Source: an uncultured Candidatus Saccharibacteria bacterium (GTDB lineage Bacteria; Patescibacteriota; Minisyncoccia; Phycocordibacterales; UBA9973). Taken from it: 64,000 nucleotides of DNA. The notes under the pieces were generated by a model. That model was not told the DNA's origin. It ran no database searches and saw only the letters and a program-made list of their open reading frames with translations. Where the stretch lies: contig CAZADR010000001.1 of NCBI GenBank assembly GCA_964484005.1, positions 135,819 through 199,818 of the forward strand, in the 5' to 3' direction. The position numbers were made by a program, and so were the translations under genes. Positions 49,151-57,960 of the stretch are shown piece after piece (positions within the stretch are counted from its first letter, which is position 1; the number at the start of each line of letters is the position of its first letter).

Positions 49151-49618
49151 ATGAATCAAGCTGAAGACTATATAACTGAAGAAAAAAGGGTAGCCCTGAT
49201 TGCAGAATTAGAAGATTTGAAGGGTCCTAAAAGAAAAGAAATCTTGGAAAACTTGGAATATGCAAAATCCCTTGGTGATCTTTCTGAAAATGCGGAGTAT
49301 CACCAGACTCGTGAAGAACAAGGTAAGCTAGAGGCGCGTATTAAAAAAATAGAACAAATTTTACAATCTTCAAAAACCGTAAAAGGTGGTGGTGGAGATA
49401 TTATTGAAATTGGCTCAAAAGCTATTGTTCAAAATGTAGACACAAAAGAAGAGAAAAATTATGTTATAGTAGGAAGTGAAGAAGCAGACATGGCCAAAGG
49501 GAAAATTTCAAATCGTTCTCCTCTCGGAGTGGCGTTGTTTGGAAAAAAGAAAGGCGAAAGTGTTTCTTTTAAAACTCCCAAAGGTGTAGTCAATTATAAA
49601 ATCATAAATGTATCATAA
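49151..49618 (+). CDS. greA: transcription elongation factor GreA
   Basis: It has an N-terminal coiled coil with conserved acidic tip residues, and a C-terminal FKBP-like domain (GDLSENAEYH). Confidence 0.9.
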   Translation: MNQAEDYITEEKRVALIAELEDLKGPKRKEILENLEYAKSLGDLSENAEYHQTREEQGKLEARIKKIEQILQSSKTVKGGGGDIIEIGSKAIVQNVDTKEEKNYVIVGSEEADMAKGKISNRSPLGVALFGKKKGESVSFKTPKGVVNYKIINVS

Positions 49619-49673
49619 TCGTTTTCTTAACAGCTAATTTCCGCCAGAGGCGGATCAGCTAAAGCTGAAAATT

Positions 49674-51137
49674 ATGTCTTCAATTGATGAAATTAGGGAC
49701 GCTAGAATAAAGAAACTGGAACTCTTAAAGGCTAAGGGAATAAATCCGTATCCCGCAGAGTCAAAAAGAGAGCTTACTTTAAAAGAGGCAGTTCTCAATT
49801 TTGAAAACTTAGAAAAAAATAAAGAAATAAAATGGATTTCGGGTAGAATCATGTCTATTCGTGGCCAAGGTGCTATCGTCTTTATCACCTTAAATGACGG
49901 CACAGGCACCTTTCAAGGACTTTTAAAGAAAGATATTCTTGGAGATGAGAAATTTGATTTTTGGAATGAAGTAGTAGACATAGGGGACTTTGTAGAAGCA
50001 CAAGGTTCATTTTTTGTGACCAACAGAGGAGAAAAGACTCTTGAAACGAAAGATTGGCACATGCTCGGAAAAAGTCTACGTCCTTTGCCAGAAAAATGGC
50101 ATGGCTTGGTGGACATTGAAGAGAGATTTAGAAAAAGATATTTGGATATTTTAATGAATCCTGAAATTAAAGATATTTTTGAAAAGAAGGCAAAGTTTTG
50201 GGATTCAGTTCGAAATTTTTTGAAAAAAGAAAATTTTTTAGAAGTAGAGACTCCGACCATCGAAGTCACGACTGGTGGCGCCGAAGCTAGGCCATTTAAG
50301 ACTCATCACAATGATTTTGATATAGATGTATATATGCGTATCTCCGTAGGGGAACTTTGGCAAAAGAGACTTCTAGCTGCTGGCTTTTCTAGAGTCTTTG
50401 AGATAGGTAGAGTTTATAGAAATGAAGGCTCAAGTCCAGAGCATACCCAAGAGTTTACAAACTTGGAGTTTTACGCTGGCTATATGGATTATAGACAAGG
50501 CATGGATTTTACCGAGAGGATGATAAAAGAAATCATCCAAGAGACTTTTGGTAAATTAGATTTTGAAATACATGGAAACAAAATAGATTTTTCTAAAAAA
50601 TGGGAAGAAGTCCCTTATGTCGAGACTATAAAGAAAATGCTAGACATAGATGTGCTCTCTGCGACTGAAAAAGAGATGGAAAAAAAGCTAGATGAGCTCG
50701 GAGTAAAGTACGAAGGTAGCAACAAGGAGCGCTTGACTGATTCTCTTTGGAAACATTGCAGGAAGCAAATAGTGGGCCCAGCTTGGCTCGTGGATGTGCC
50801 CAAGCTTGTCTCTCCGCTTTCAAAAGTTAAGCCAGAAAATCCTCTTTTGACTGAGAGAGTACAGCTTCTCTTGGCGGGTGCCGAGATGACCAATGGCTTT
50901 TCTGAATTAAATGATCCGATAGATCAAGCCGAAAGATTTGAAGTTCAAAAGAAACTTATTGCGAAAGGGGACGAAGAAGCGATGATGCCAGATGATGAAT
51001 TTGTGGAGATGCTCGAGCATGGCATGCCTCCAGCTTTTGGTTTTGGTATGGGAGAGAGATTTTTCACTTTTTTAGTAGATAAGCCTCTGCGTGAGACTCA
51101 ACTTTTTCCATTAATGCGACCTAAAAAAACAGATTAA
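49674..51137 (+). CDS. lysS: lysine--tRNA ligase (class II)
   Basis: It has an OB anticodon-binding N-domain and class II motifs 1-3 (…FRNEGSSPEHTQEFTNLEFY…, GFGMGERF). Confidence 0.95.
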   Translation: MSSIDEIRDARIKKLELLKAKGINPYPAESKRELTLKEAVLNFENLEKNKEIKWISGRIMSIRGQGAIVFITLNDGTGTFQGLLKKDILGDEKFDFWNEVVDIGDFVEAQGSFFVTNRGEKTLETKDWHMLGKSLRPLPEKWHGLVDIEERFRKRYLDILMNPEIKDIFEKKAKFWDSVRNFLKKENFLEVETPTIEVTTGGAEARPFKTHHNDFDIDVYMRISVGELWQKRLLAAGFSRVFEIGRVYRNEGSSPEHTQEFTNLEFYAGYMDYRQGMDFTERMIKEIIQETFGKLDFEIHGNKIDFSKKWEEVPYVETIKKMLDIDVLSATEKEMEKKLDELGVKYEGSNKERLTDSLWKHCRKQIVGPAWLVDVPKLVSPLSKVKPENPLLTERVQLLLAGAEMTNGFSELNDPIDQAERFEVQKKLIAKGDEEAMMPDDEFVEMLEHGMPPAFGFGMGERFFTFLVDKPLRETQLFPLMRPKKTD

Positions 51138-51140
51138 AAA

Positions 51141-51167
51141 AATCCCAGTGTTTACTGGGATTTTTTT
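51141..51167. terminator. bidirectional rho-independent terminator
   Basis: aatcccagtg ttt actgggatttttttaat. Confidence 0.7.
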
Positions 51168-51174
51168 AATTAAT

Positions 51175-51507
51175 CTAATCTAATTTAAAACGTTTAAAAA
51201 TTATCTCTCTGTCCTTTTTATCATTACCAGTAGGCGCCCATTCTTTTTCTGGTACGCTGGTAAACGTTTGAAGTTCTAGAAAATGTTTTCTATAGAAGGA
51301 AACTATTTCTTCATCTGAAGCATCCTTTGGAAGTTTTGGACCTAAAGGAGAAACTGGTTCTTGATTTAAAACATCGATAGCCCTTCTTTTAATATCTGCT
51401 GGTAGTGTTGGTAAGTTTTCTACATCAGGAAAGACCTGTTCTTCACTTTCATCTTCTTTATGATTAAAATCACCCTTTCTTAAATTGTCCATGTTGTTAT
51501 TTTCCAT
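51175..51507 (-). CDS. hypothetical protein (110 aa)
   Basis: An ORF with host-like codon usage. No motif was recognised. Confidence 0.4.
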   Translation of the reverse strand: MENNNMDNLRKGDFNHKEDESEEQVFPDVENLPTLPADIKRRAIDVLNQEPVSPLGPKLPKDASDEEIVSFYRKHFLELQTFTSVPEKEWAPTGNDKKDREIIFKRFKLD

Positions 51508-51545
51508 AAATCTAATTATATTACCTATTTTAATAATAGCAATCT

Positions 51546-51575
51546 ATAAAAAAATAGCCCCAGCTTTCGCTGGGG
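51546..51575 (-). terminator. rho-independent terminator on the minus strand
   Basis: The minus strand reads ccccagc gaaa gctgggg ctattttttt. Confidence 0.6.
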
Positions 51576-51597
51576 CAGGGTGGGCGATAGCCCGATA

Positions 51598-51870
51598 CTA
51601 GAGATCAGAGCTGATTCTTCGCGCTTCTTCTGTGATGGGAATCAGGTGCGATGCGTCGCTCCTGAAAAACCCAATTGCAGACTCCCTTCTACCGTCTACA
51701 ATCCTTTGAAACAGGACATAGACGGTATTCGGGTCTATGGACCTTGTGAACACATCGATGATTATCGCAATGTCCATTCCGGCTTGGGTGTACTGCCCTA
51801 CTCGGATTTGGTCCATCCGAGTCAGGGTGTATTTTACTCCGTAGCTTTGATGTTCGCTTATTTTTCTCAA
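51598..51870 (-). CDS. hypothetical 90-aa protein in a GC-elevated segment (alternative reading: structured ncRNA)
   Basis: There is a TTG start 6 nt after a perfect Shine-Dalgarno AGGAGGTG. The ORF ends just before the terminator. GC is about 48% against a ~33% background. A 107-codon ORF on the + strand overlaps it. Confidence 0.4.
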   Translation of the reverse strand: MRKISEHQSYGVKYTLTRMDQIRVGQYTQAGMDIAIIIDVFTRSIDPNTVYVLFQRIVDGRRESAIGFFRSDASHLIPITEEARRISSDL

Positions 51871-51988
51871 ATTACACCTCCTAACTTTCTACTGGTAGTA
51901 TAGCATACTTGAGGCTAAAAGTCAAGGAACAAATGGGCACATTTAACTTAAGAGTTATCCACAGTTTAGAGCTGGTGCTATTTAATTG

Positions 51989-52024
51989 GTGGAATATAAT
52001 GTATACGAAGTGGGAAAAAGTGGG
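51989..52024 (+). promoter_or_regulatory. putative MraZ operator: direct GTGG(G) repeats at 10-11-bp periodicity upstream of mraZ, overlapping a TATAAT box
   Basis: GTGGAATATAATGTATACGAAGTGGGAAAAAGTGGGAAA. The repeats lie at 51989, 52010 and 52020, and tataat at 51995. Confidence 0.45.
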
Positions 52025-52187
52025 AAACCTGTTTAAAAGTAATTTGTTTAGAAAATTAATGAACAAAGTGAATATAATTTTCTTTACCCCAGTTAAGTAA
52101 TTTTTTGCTTAGCAAAAAATAAAATCTAAAAGATTTTTACTTAACAGGGTGATGATTTTCTAATCACTTTGCTCAAGAAAATCAATC

Positions 52188-52628
52188 ATGTTAATCGGCG
52201 AATACATACACACCATAGATGAAAAAAACAGAGTTTCCTTACCCGTAAAATTTCGAAAAGAGATGGGTAAGAAAATTATTATTACCCCTGGTCTCGATAA
52301 ATGTTTATTCATTTTTACCCTCAAAGAATGGGCCAAGGTTAGTAAGAGACTTTCTGATTCAGACTCCGATTTATCTTTCTTAAAAGCAGACAAGAGAAGT
52401 TTTAATAGATTTATGTTTGGCCGTGCGACGGATGTAGAAGTAGATTCTATCGGTAGGATTTTAATACCAGATTTCTTAAAAGACAGGATAGGGCTCAAAG
52501 ACAAAGCAGCCATCATCGGAGTTGAAGACAGAGTAGAAGTTTGGAATGAAAAAGCATGGTCGCAGTATAAAGATGTCGTGGAAAAGCAGGCAGATGAGTT
52601 GGCAGAAAAGCTTGGAAACGAAAAATAA
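52188..52628 (+). CDS. mraZ: transcriptional regulator MraZ
   Basis: It has tandem MraZ/SpoVT-AbrB-like halves (DEKNRVSLPVKFR and DSIGRILIPDFLK). Confidence 0.9.
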   Translation: MLIGEYIHTIDEKNRVSLPVKFRKEMGKKIIITPGLDKCLFIFTLKEWAKVSKRLSDSDSDLSFLKADKRSFNRFMFGRATDVEVDSIGRILIPDFLKDRIGLKDKAAIIGVEDRVEVWNEKAWSQYKDVVEKQADELAEKLGNEK

Positions 52629-52633
52629 TACAG

Positions 52634-53584
52634 ATGAAGAGACAGATAGAAAGCGTGCACAAGACAGTTCTTTTAAATGAAACAATAGACGGTTTGAATT
52701 TGAACTCAGGGTCACTCGTAGTTGATTGTACTTTTGGCGGAGGCGGACACAGTGCCGAGATTTGTAAAAGGTATAAGGGGGTAAAGATTATCGCACTAGA
52801 TCAAGACAAAAGTGCCTTTAAAAAAGCCAAAGCTAAATTTGAAAAACTAGATTGCGACATTTCTTTCATCAATACCAACTTTGCAGACTTGGATAAAGTG
52901 TTTTCCCAAAAGAAGGACTTCGGGGAAAAAGTAAACGGGATGATTTTTGACTTAGGGTTGAGTTCGGATCAATTAGAAAATTCTGGACGAGGATTTTCTT
53001 TTATGAAAGATGAGCCCTTGCTCATGACTATGAAAGAACCTGCCCGCCCTCACGATGAGGGAGCAGGCGGGAATCCTTCTGAATATTTATTAACTGCTAG
53101 AGATATCGTAAATACTTGGGCGGAGACAAGCTTGGCAGATATTATTTTCGGTTATGGTGAAGAGAAATTAAGTAGAAGGATAGCTAGGGCAATAGTAGAT
53201 GCTAGAGAGCAGGCCGAAATCAAAACTACTTTTGATTTAGTAAAGATTATCGAAGGGGCGGTGGGCAGAGCTTACAAAAAGCAAAAGGTTCACTGTGCCA
53301 CGAGAACCTTTCAAGCCTTGAGGATAGCCGTAAACGATGAATTGGGAGTTTTGGAAAGAGGGTTAAGTAAAGGGTTTGAAATTTTAGGAGAAAGGGGACG
53401 CATGGCAGTGATTTCATTTCATAGTTTGGAAGACAGAATCACAAAAAAGTTTTTTAAGAAATTAGAAAAAGAAAAGAGAGCCATATTAATAAACAAAAAA
53501 CCAATCTTAGCAACAGTAGAAGAAATTAAAAATAATCCAAGGTCGAGGAGTGCAAAGTTGAGAGTTTTAGAAAAAGTTAATTAA
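52634..53584 (+). CDS. rsmH: 16S rRNA (cytosine1402-N4)-methyltransferase RsmH (MraW)
   Basis: VVDCTFGGGGHS is present, with the SAM-dependent methyltransferase fold. Confidence 0.9.
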   Translation: MKRQIESVHKTVLLNETIDGLNLNSGSLVVDCTFGGGGHSAEICKRYKGVKIIALDQDKSAFKKAKAKFEKLDCDISFINTNFADLDKVFSQKKDFGEKVNGMIFDLGLSSDQLENSGRGFSFMKDEPLLMTMKEPARPHDEGAGGNPSEYLLTARDIVNTWAETSLADIIFGYGEEKLSRRIARAIVDAREQAEIKTTFDLVKIIEGAVGRAYKKQKVHCATRTFQALRIAVNDELGVLERGLSKGFEILGERGRMAVISFHSLEDRITKKFFKKLEKEKRAILINKKPILATVEEIKNNPRSRSAKLRVLEKVN

Positions 53585-53587
53585 AAA

Positions 53588-53971
53588 ATGAGACAAGCAA
53601 CCTTACAACTAAAGAATCGAGTACAGAATGTAAATATTTTAAGTAACAATATTGAAGTAAAGAGAATCATTTTAAATACAATGTTGTCTATTTTGGCCGC
53701 CTTAGCTATTTGGTATGTATTTATTGTGGGGAATATGGTTTTTAATATTGTAGAGAGGAAAGCTATGGAAAAAGAGGTGAATGTTTTGGTAAACGAAGTT
53801 GGGGAATTGGAACTTTCCTACCTTGCTCTTTCAAATAGCGTAGATATGAATCTTTCACAAACTATGGGCTTCAAAGAGGCCAAGGCCACTTTTGCGACTC
53901 GTAAATCTCTAGGCTATAGCTCTACTACAGAGAATCTTGGAAACATAAATTTGGCGAAAAATGAAATCTAG
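53588..53971 (+). CDS. FtsL-like cell-division protein (single TM plus coiled coil)
   Basis: It occupies the position between rsmH and ftsI. It has one TM helix followed by a coiled coil. Confidence 0.5.
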   Translation: MRQATLQLKNRVQNVNILSNNIEVKRIILNTMLSILAALAIWYVFIVGNMVFNIVERKAMEKEVNVLVNEVGELELSYLALSNSVDMNLSQTMGFKEAKATFATRKSLGYSSTTENLGNINLAKNEI

Positions 53972-55679
53972 TTTTCTTTTTAGAGGAAGGCTCGTTCTGT
54001 TTGCATTTATTCTTTTTGCTTTGGTCTTGGTGACCAGGCTTTTTTTTGTTCAGGTTATTCATCGAAATGCTTATTTAGAAAGAGCTGATCGCCAATATGT
54101 CACTCCTTCTTCTGACATTTACGAAAGAGGTACGGTTTATTTTGAGCACAAAGATGGAAGCCTCGTATCTGCTGTCACTCAGATATCTGGATTTAAATTG
54201 ACGATTGCTCCAAATAAAATCACTGATGTTGAGGGGACTTACAAAAAATTATCTGAAATCGTAGAGATAGACTATGATTCTTTTATTGCGAAAGCTTCAC
54301 AGAAAAAAGATCCCTATGAAGAGATAGCCCATCGTGTTTCCAAAGAAGAGTCTGCTCTTATTACAAAATTAAAATTACCCGGGGTGAGTGTTTTCAAAGA
54401 AAAATGGCGCTTTTATCCAGGAGGAAATTTGGCTTCTCACACCTTAGGCTTTGTGGGCTACAAGGGAGATGAGCTCGGGGGGCGTTATGGGCTTGAGCGT
54501 CAATATGAAAATATTCTTACTCGTGATGTAGACAACCCTTATGTCAATTTCTTTGCTGAAGTTTTTTCAAATATAAATGAAACTTTGTTTGAAGGAAAAG
54601 AGCCCGAAGGAGATATCGTGACTACTATAGAGCCTCAAGTGCAAGGATTTTTAGAAAAGAAGCTTAGTGAAGTGAGTAAAAAATATCCCACAGATTCTAT
54701 CGGTGGAATAATTATGAATCCACAGGATGGTTCTATTTATGCTCTTAGCGTCAAGCCAGATTTTGACCCAAATACTTTTTCCGAAGTAAAGAATGTCGCA
54801 GTGTTTTCAAATCCCTTGGTTGAAAATGTTTTTGAATTTGGTTCGGTGATAAAGCCTCTGGTCATGGCGGGAGCTTTAAATGAAGGAGTGGTCACCGCAG
54901 ACACTACATACAATGATAAGGGCTCTGTAATCGTTGAGAAAAAAGAAATTTTTAATTTTGATAAAAAGGCGAGAGGCCCAGGTACTAGCATGCAAGAAGT
55001 CTTAAATCAATCCTTAAACACGGGAATGGTTTTTGTAGAGCAGAAATTGGGCAAAGAAAAGCTTCGAGACTATTTACTTTCTTTTGGAATAAAAGAAAAG
55101 ACCGGAATAGACTTACCAAATGAAACTTCTGGCCTCGTTTCAAATATTTTAATAAAAGCGAACCGTGAAATAGAGTTTGCCAATGCTGCCTTTGGTCAGG
55201 GTATAGCCCTTACTCCAGTAGAAGTAGTGAGAGCACTCGCTTCACTTGGGAATGGGGGGAATTTGGTGGTGCCTCATGTGGTCAAAGAAATAAAATATAA
55301 TAATGGCACAAAAAAAGTGATGACTTATGAGACTGTTCCTACAAAAATATCAAAAGAAACGAGCACTGAAATAAGTAGAATGCTCGTAAATGTGATGGAC
55401 AAATCTATCAAAGGAGGACAGGGTAAGCTTGATCATTTTAGCGTAGCGGTAAAGACGGGTACGGCGCAAGTTGCGAATCGGGCGACTGGAGGTTATTATG
55501 AAGACAGGCACACGCATTCATTTTTTGGTTATTTCCCTGCCTATGAACCGAAATTTATAATTTTTCTTTATGCAGTAAATCCTAAGGGTGTGGAATATGC
55601 TGCTACGACTTGGTCAGATCCGTTTTTAGACATGACTAAGTTTTTATTAAATTATTATAATGTTCCGCCTGACAGATAA
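53961..55679 (+). CDS. ftsI: peptidoglycan D,D-transpeptidase (class B PBP, FtsI/PBP2-like)
   Basis: There is an N-terminal TM, and the SxxK (SVIKP), SxN (SLNTG) and KTG(T) motifs are present. Confidence 0.9.
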   Translation: MKSSFLFRGRLVLFAFILFALVLVTRLFFVQVIHRNAYLERADRQYVTPSSDIYERGTVYFEHKDGSLVSAVTQISGFKLTIAPNKITDVEGTYKKLSEIVEIDYDSFIAKASQKKDPYEEIAHRVSKEESALITKLKLPGVSVFKEKWRFYPGGNLASHTLGFVGYKGDELGGRYGLERQYENILTRDVDNPYVNFFAEVFSNINETLFEGKEPEGDIVTTIEPQVQGFLEKKLSEVSKKYPTDSIGGIIMNPQDGSIYALSVKPDFDPNTFSEVKNVAVFSNPLVENVFEFGSVIKPLVMAGALNEGVVTADTTYNDKGSVIVEKKEIFNFDKKARGPGTSMQEVLNQSLNTGMVFVEQKLGKEKLRDYLLSFGIKEKTGIDLPNETSGLVSNILIKANREIEFANAAFGQGIALTPVEVVRALASLGNGGNLVVPHVVKEIKYNNGTKKVMTYETVPTKISKETSTEISRMLVNVMDKSIKGGQGKLDHFSVAVKTGTAQVANRATGGYYEDRHTHSFFGYFPAYEPKFIIFLYAVNPKGVEYAATTWSDPFLDMTKFLLNYYNVPPDR

Positions 55680-55681
55680 AT

Positions 55682-56977
55682 ATGAAAGAATTTTTCAAAA
55701 AAGTTATAGCTAATATTTTAAAAACAGAGTCTGTGTTGGTTCTTTGGAAATACAAACCCAAAGTCATAGCCATCACTGGCTCGGTGGGCAAGACTTCTAC
55801 AAAGGACGCAGTATATGCAGTCTTGTCCAAAGTTGCTTATGTTCGAAAAAGTGAAAAGAGTTTTAATAGTGAAATAGGATTACCTCTTACTATTTTAGGT
55901 GTGCCAAATGGCTGGAGTAGCCCTACAGCTTGGATTCAAAATGTTCTCATTGGTCTGTGGCTCTTTTTATGGCCTCATAAATATCCTGAGTGGCTGGTGT
56001 TGGAGGTGGGTGTAGGTAAGCCTGGAGATATGAAGAAGACAGCTTCTTGGCTCTCAACTGATGCAGTTATCATCACAGCCATAGGAGAGACTCCTTCACA
56101 TATTGAATTTTTCAATTCTCGCAAACATTTAATAGAAGAAAAAAGTCAGCTTATAAAAACTTTAAAGAAAGACGGGCTTTTGGTTTTAAATGCTGACGAC
56201 GAAGCAGTATTTGAAATGAAAGAAAAAACAAAAAATATTATCGTCACTTATGGTTTTAAAGAAGGGGTAAATATTTTGGGCTCGAGCGACAGTATTCTTT
56301 ATAAAGAAAATGGGGAACCAGAAGGAATTATTTTTCGGGCAGATGATGAGGGAAAAAGTCTGCCTGTCACTATCGATGGAGTATTTGGTAGAAACCATGT
56401 TTATGCCTCTTTGTCTGCCTTGGCTTTGTCCTCTGGGTTAAAATTAAACATGCTCGGTGCTATCGATGCATTGAAAAATTATGATGTTTCTCCAGGGCGA
56501 ATGAGACTTTTAAAAGGAATAAATGAAAGTTTGATTATTGACGACACTTACAATTCCTCTCCTTTTGCTTGTGAGTCTGCGCTGAAGACACTTGGGGAAG
56601 TGAAGAACCGAACACGGAAGATTGCTGTTTTGGGCGATATGCTAGAGCTCGGCAAGCATACAGTAGAGGCACATAAAAATATTGGAAAAATTACCAAAGA
56701 AAACACAGACATATTGATTGTAGTAGGCCCTAGAGCAAAATCTATAAAAGAAGGTGCACTGGAGGCGGGAATGAATTCCGAGAACATTTTTGAATTTTTA
56801 GAATCAAAAGAAGTGGGGGATTTTATAAAAACTTTACTACAAGCTGGAGATATCGTTTTAGTCAAAGGTTCTCAGGGTATGAGGATGGAGCGGGTAGTGG
56901 AAGCCATTTTACTTGATCAAAAGAATAAAAAGAATCTTCTCGTTCGCCAAGAAAAAGAGTGGAAGAATAAGAAATAA
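55682..56977 (+). CDS. murF: Mur ligase, most likely UDP-MurNAc-tripeptide--D-Ala-D-Ala ligase (MurF), with a short N-terminal domain
   Basis: The P-loop is AITGSVGKTSTKD, with Mur ligase middle and C-terminal domains. It follows ftsI in the dcw cluster. Confidence 0.7.
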   Translation: MKEFFKKVIANILKTESVLVLWKYKPKVIAITGSVGKTSTKDAVYAVLSKVAYVRKSEKSFNSEIGLPLTILGVPNGWSSPTAWIQNVLIGLWLFLWPHKYPEWLVLEVGVGKPGDMKKTASWLSTDAVIITAIGETPSHIEFFNSRKHLIEEKSQLIKTLKKDGLLVLNADDEAVFEMKEKTKNIIVTYGFKEGVNILGSSDSILYKENGEPEGIIFRADDEGKSLPVTIDGVFGRNHVYASLSALALSSGLKLNMLGAIDALKNYDVSPGRMRLLKGINESLIIDDTYNSSPFACESALKTLGEVKNRTRKIAVLGDMLELGKHTVEAHKNIGKITKENTDILIVVGPRAKSIKEGALEAGMNSENIFEFLESKEVGDFIKTLLQAGDIVLVKGSQGMRMERVVEAILLDQKNKKNLLVRQEKEWKNKK

Positions 56978-56979
56978 AA

Positions 56980-57321
56980 TTATATTTTAAAATAATTTTT
57001 TAACACTTTTTTTACTTTTGCAATAATTTCATTATCTAACTCTCCAATTTTTCCGAGAATGACAGATTTATCTAAGGTAGCAATTTTAGCTGTTTTAATA
57101 ACAGATTTTAATTTTAAACCAGTCTTTTTGAAATCTTTATCTTTGGAATCAATTAAAATATCAAATTTATAAAGTTTATTTTTTGCAACAGAAGAAATAA
57201 AGCAAACAGTGACATCTTCACTCCTATCTTCCGTCGCAAGAATAAGGGCTGGACGAACTTTATTGTTTGATAGGTCTGTAAACGGAAAAGGAGTAAGAAC
57301 TATATGTCCGACTTTATGCAT
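56980..57321 (-). CDS. mazF: type II toxin, MazF/PemK family endoribonuclease
   Basis: GHIVLTPFPFTDLSNNKVRPALIL is a PemK signature. The protein is 113 aa. Confidence 0.8.
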   Translation of the reverse strand: MHKVGHIVLTPFPFTDLSNNKVRPALILATEDRSEDVTVCFISSVAKNKLYKFDILIDSKDKDFKKTGLKLKSVIKTAKIATLDKSVILGKIGELDNEIIAKVKKVLKNYFKI

Positions 57322-57568
57322 ATCTATGTTTTATGTCTTTAGTTGAGTAAATTTCGGGCTCATTTTCTAAAAAGTCAAAACTTTTAGAGTAGGTGTTGAT
57401 ATTTGTAATCAAGGAGAGTTTACCGTTCCAAAATGATGGAAAGGGAATAAGTACAACCTCCGGAACATTTCTGCGTCCAATGACGATAGGCTTGCGACTC
57501 GTGGCCACGATATTCACAATATCGCTTATTCTCTCCCTTGCTTCTGTTGTTGAAAGTGTTTTTATCAT
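57314..57568 (-). CDS. type II antitoxin, Phd/YefM family
   Basis: IKTLSTTEARERISDIVNIVATSRKPIVIGRRNVPEVVLIPF. The ATG (MIKTL) at 57568 is preferred over the upstream TTG. It overlaps the toxin gene by 8 nt. Confidence 0.7.
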   Translation of the reverse strand: MIKTLSTTEARERISDIVNIVATSRKPIVIGRRNVPEVVLIPFPSFWNGKLSLITNINTYSKSFDFLENEPEIYSTKDIKHRYA

Positions 57569-57671
57569 AGCAATTATATTGTACAAAATGTACAAATTAA
57601 AAGCAAGGTCCATTCTTAGAATAAGTGTGGATAACCCCCACACCTTTCATTTTATACCTTCAGATCATATA

Positions 57672-57935
57672 ATGGCTGTAATGTATTATGTATATGTTCT
57701 AAAAAGTCTCAAAGATGAAAAATTATATGTGGGTTCGACTAATGACCTGAAGCGAAGACTTTCGGAACACAACAACGGACTTAATCGTTCAACAAAAGCA
57801 AGACGTCCATTTGAACTTCGATATTATGAAGCTTGCACTAATGAAAGTGACGCCCGAACTAGAGAATATAACCTCAAGAAAGATGGAAAAGCACTTGGAC
57901 AACTAAAAAGAAGAATTTTCGAAAGTCTTAAATAA
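57672..57935 (+). CDS. GIY-YIG nuclease-family small protein (YhbQ/UPF0213-like)
   Basis: MYYVYVLKS...LYVGSTNDLKRRLSEHN...YNLK. The ORF-track N-terminal extension from 57393 is rejected because it overlaps the antitoxin gene. Confidence 0.75.
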   Translation: MAVMYYVYVLKSLKDEKLYVGSTNDLKRRLSEHNNGLNRSTKARRPFELRYYEACTNESDARTREYNLKKDGKALGQLKRRIFESLK

Positions 57936-57960
57936 AACGAAAGGTGTTGGGGATAACTTT

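Noticed and set aside
51580-51903. 107-codon + strand ORF in the GC-elevated segment
   Set aside because: It has no Shine-Dalgarno. The minus-strand ORF has a perfect Shine-Dalgarno and a terminator, so the + ORF is most likely an off-frame artefact of GC-rich DNA.
57393-57671. N-terminal 93-codon extension of the GIY-YIG ORF
   Set aside because: It is antisense to the Phd/YefM antitoxin gene and has no GIY-YIG homology. The domain begins at MAVMYYVYVL (57672).
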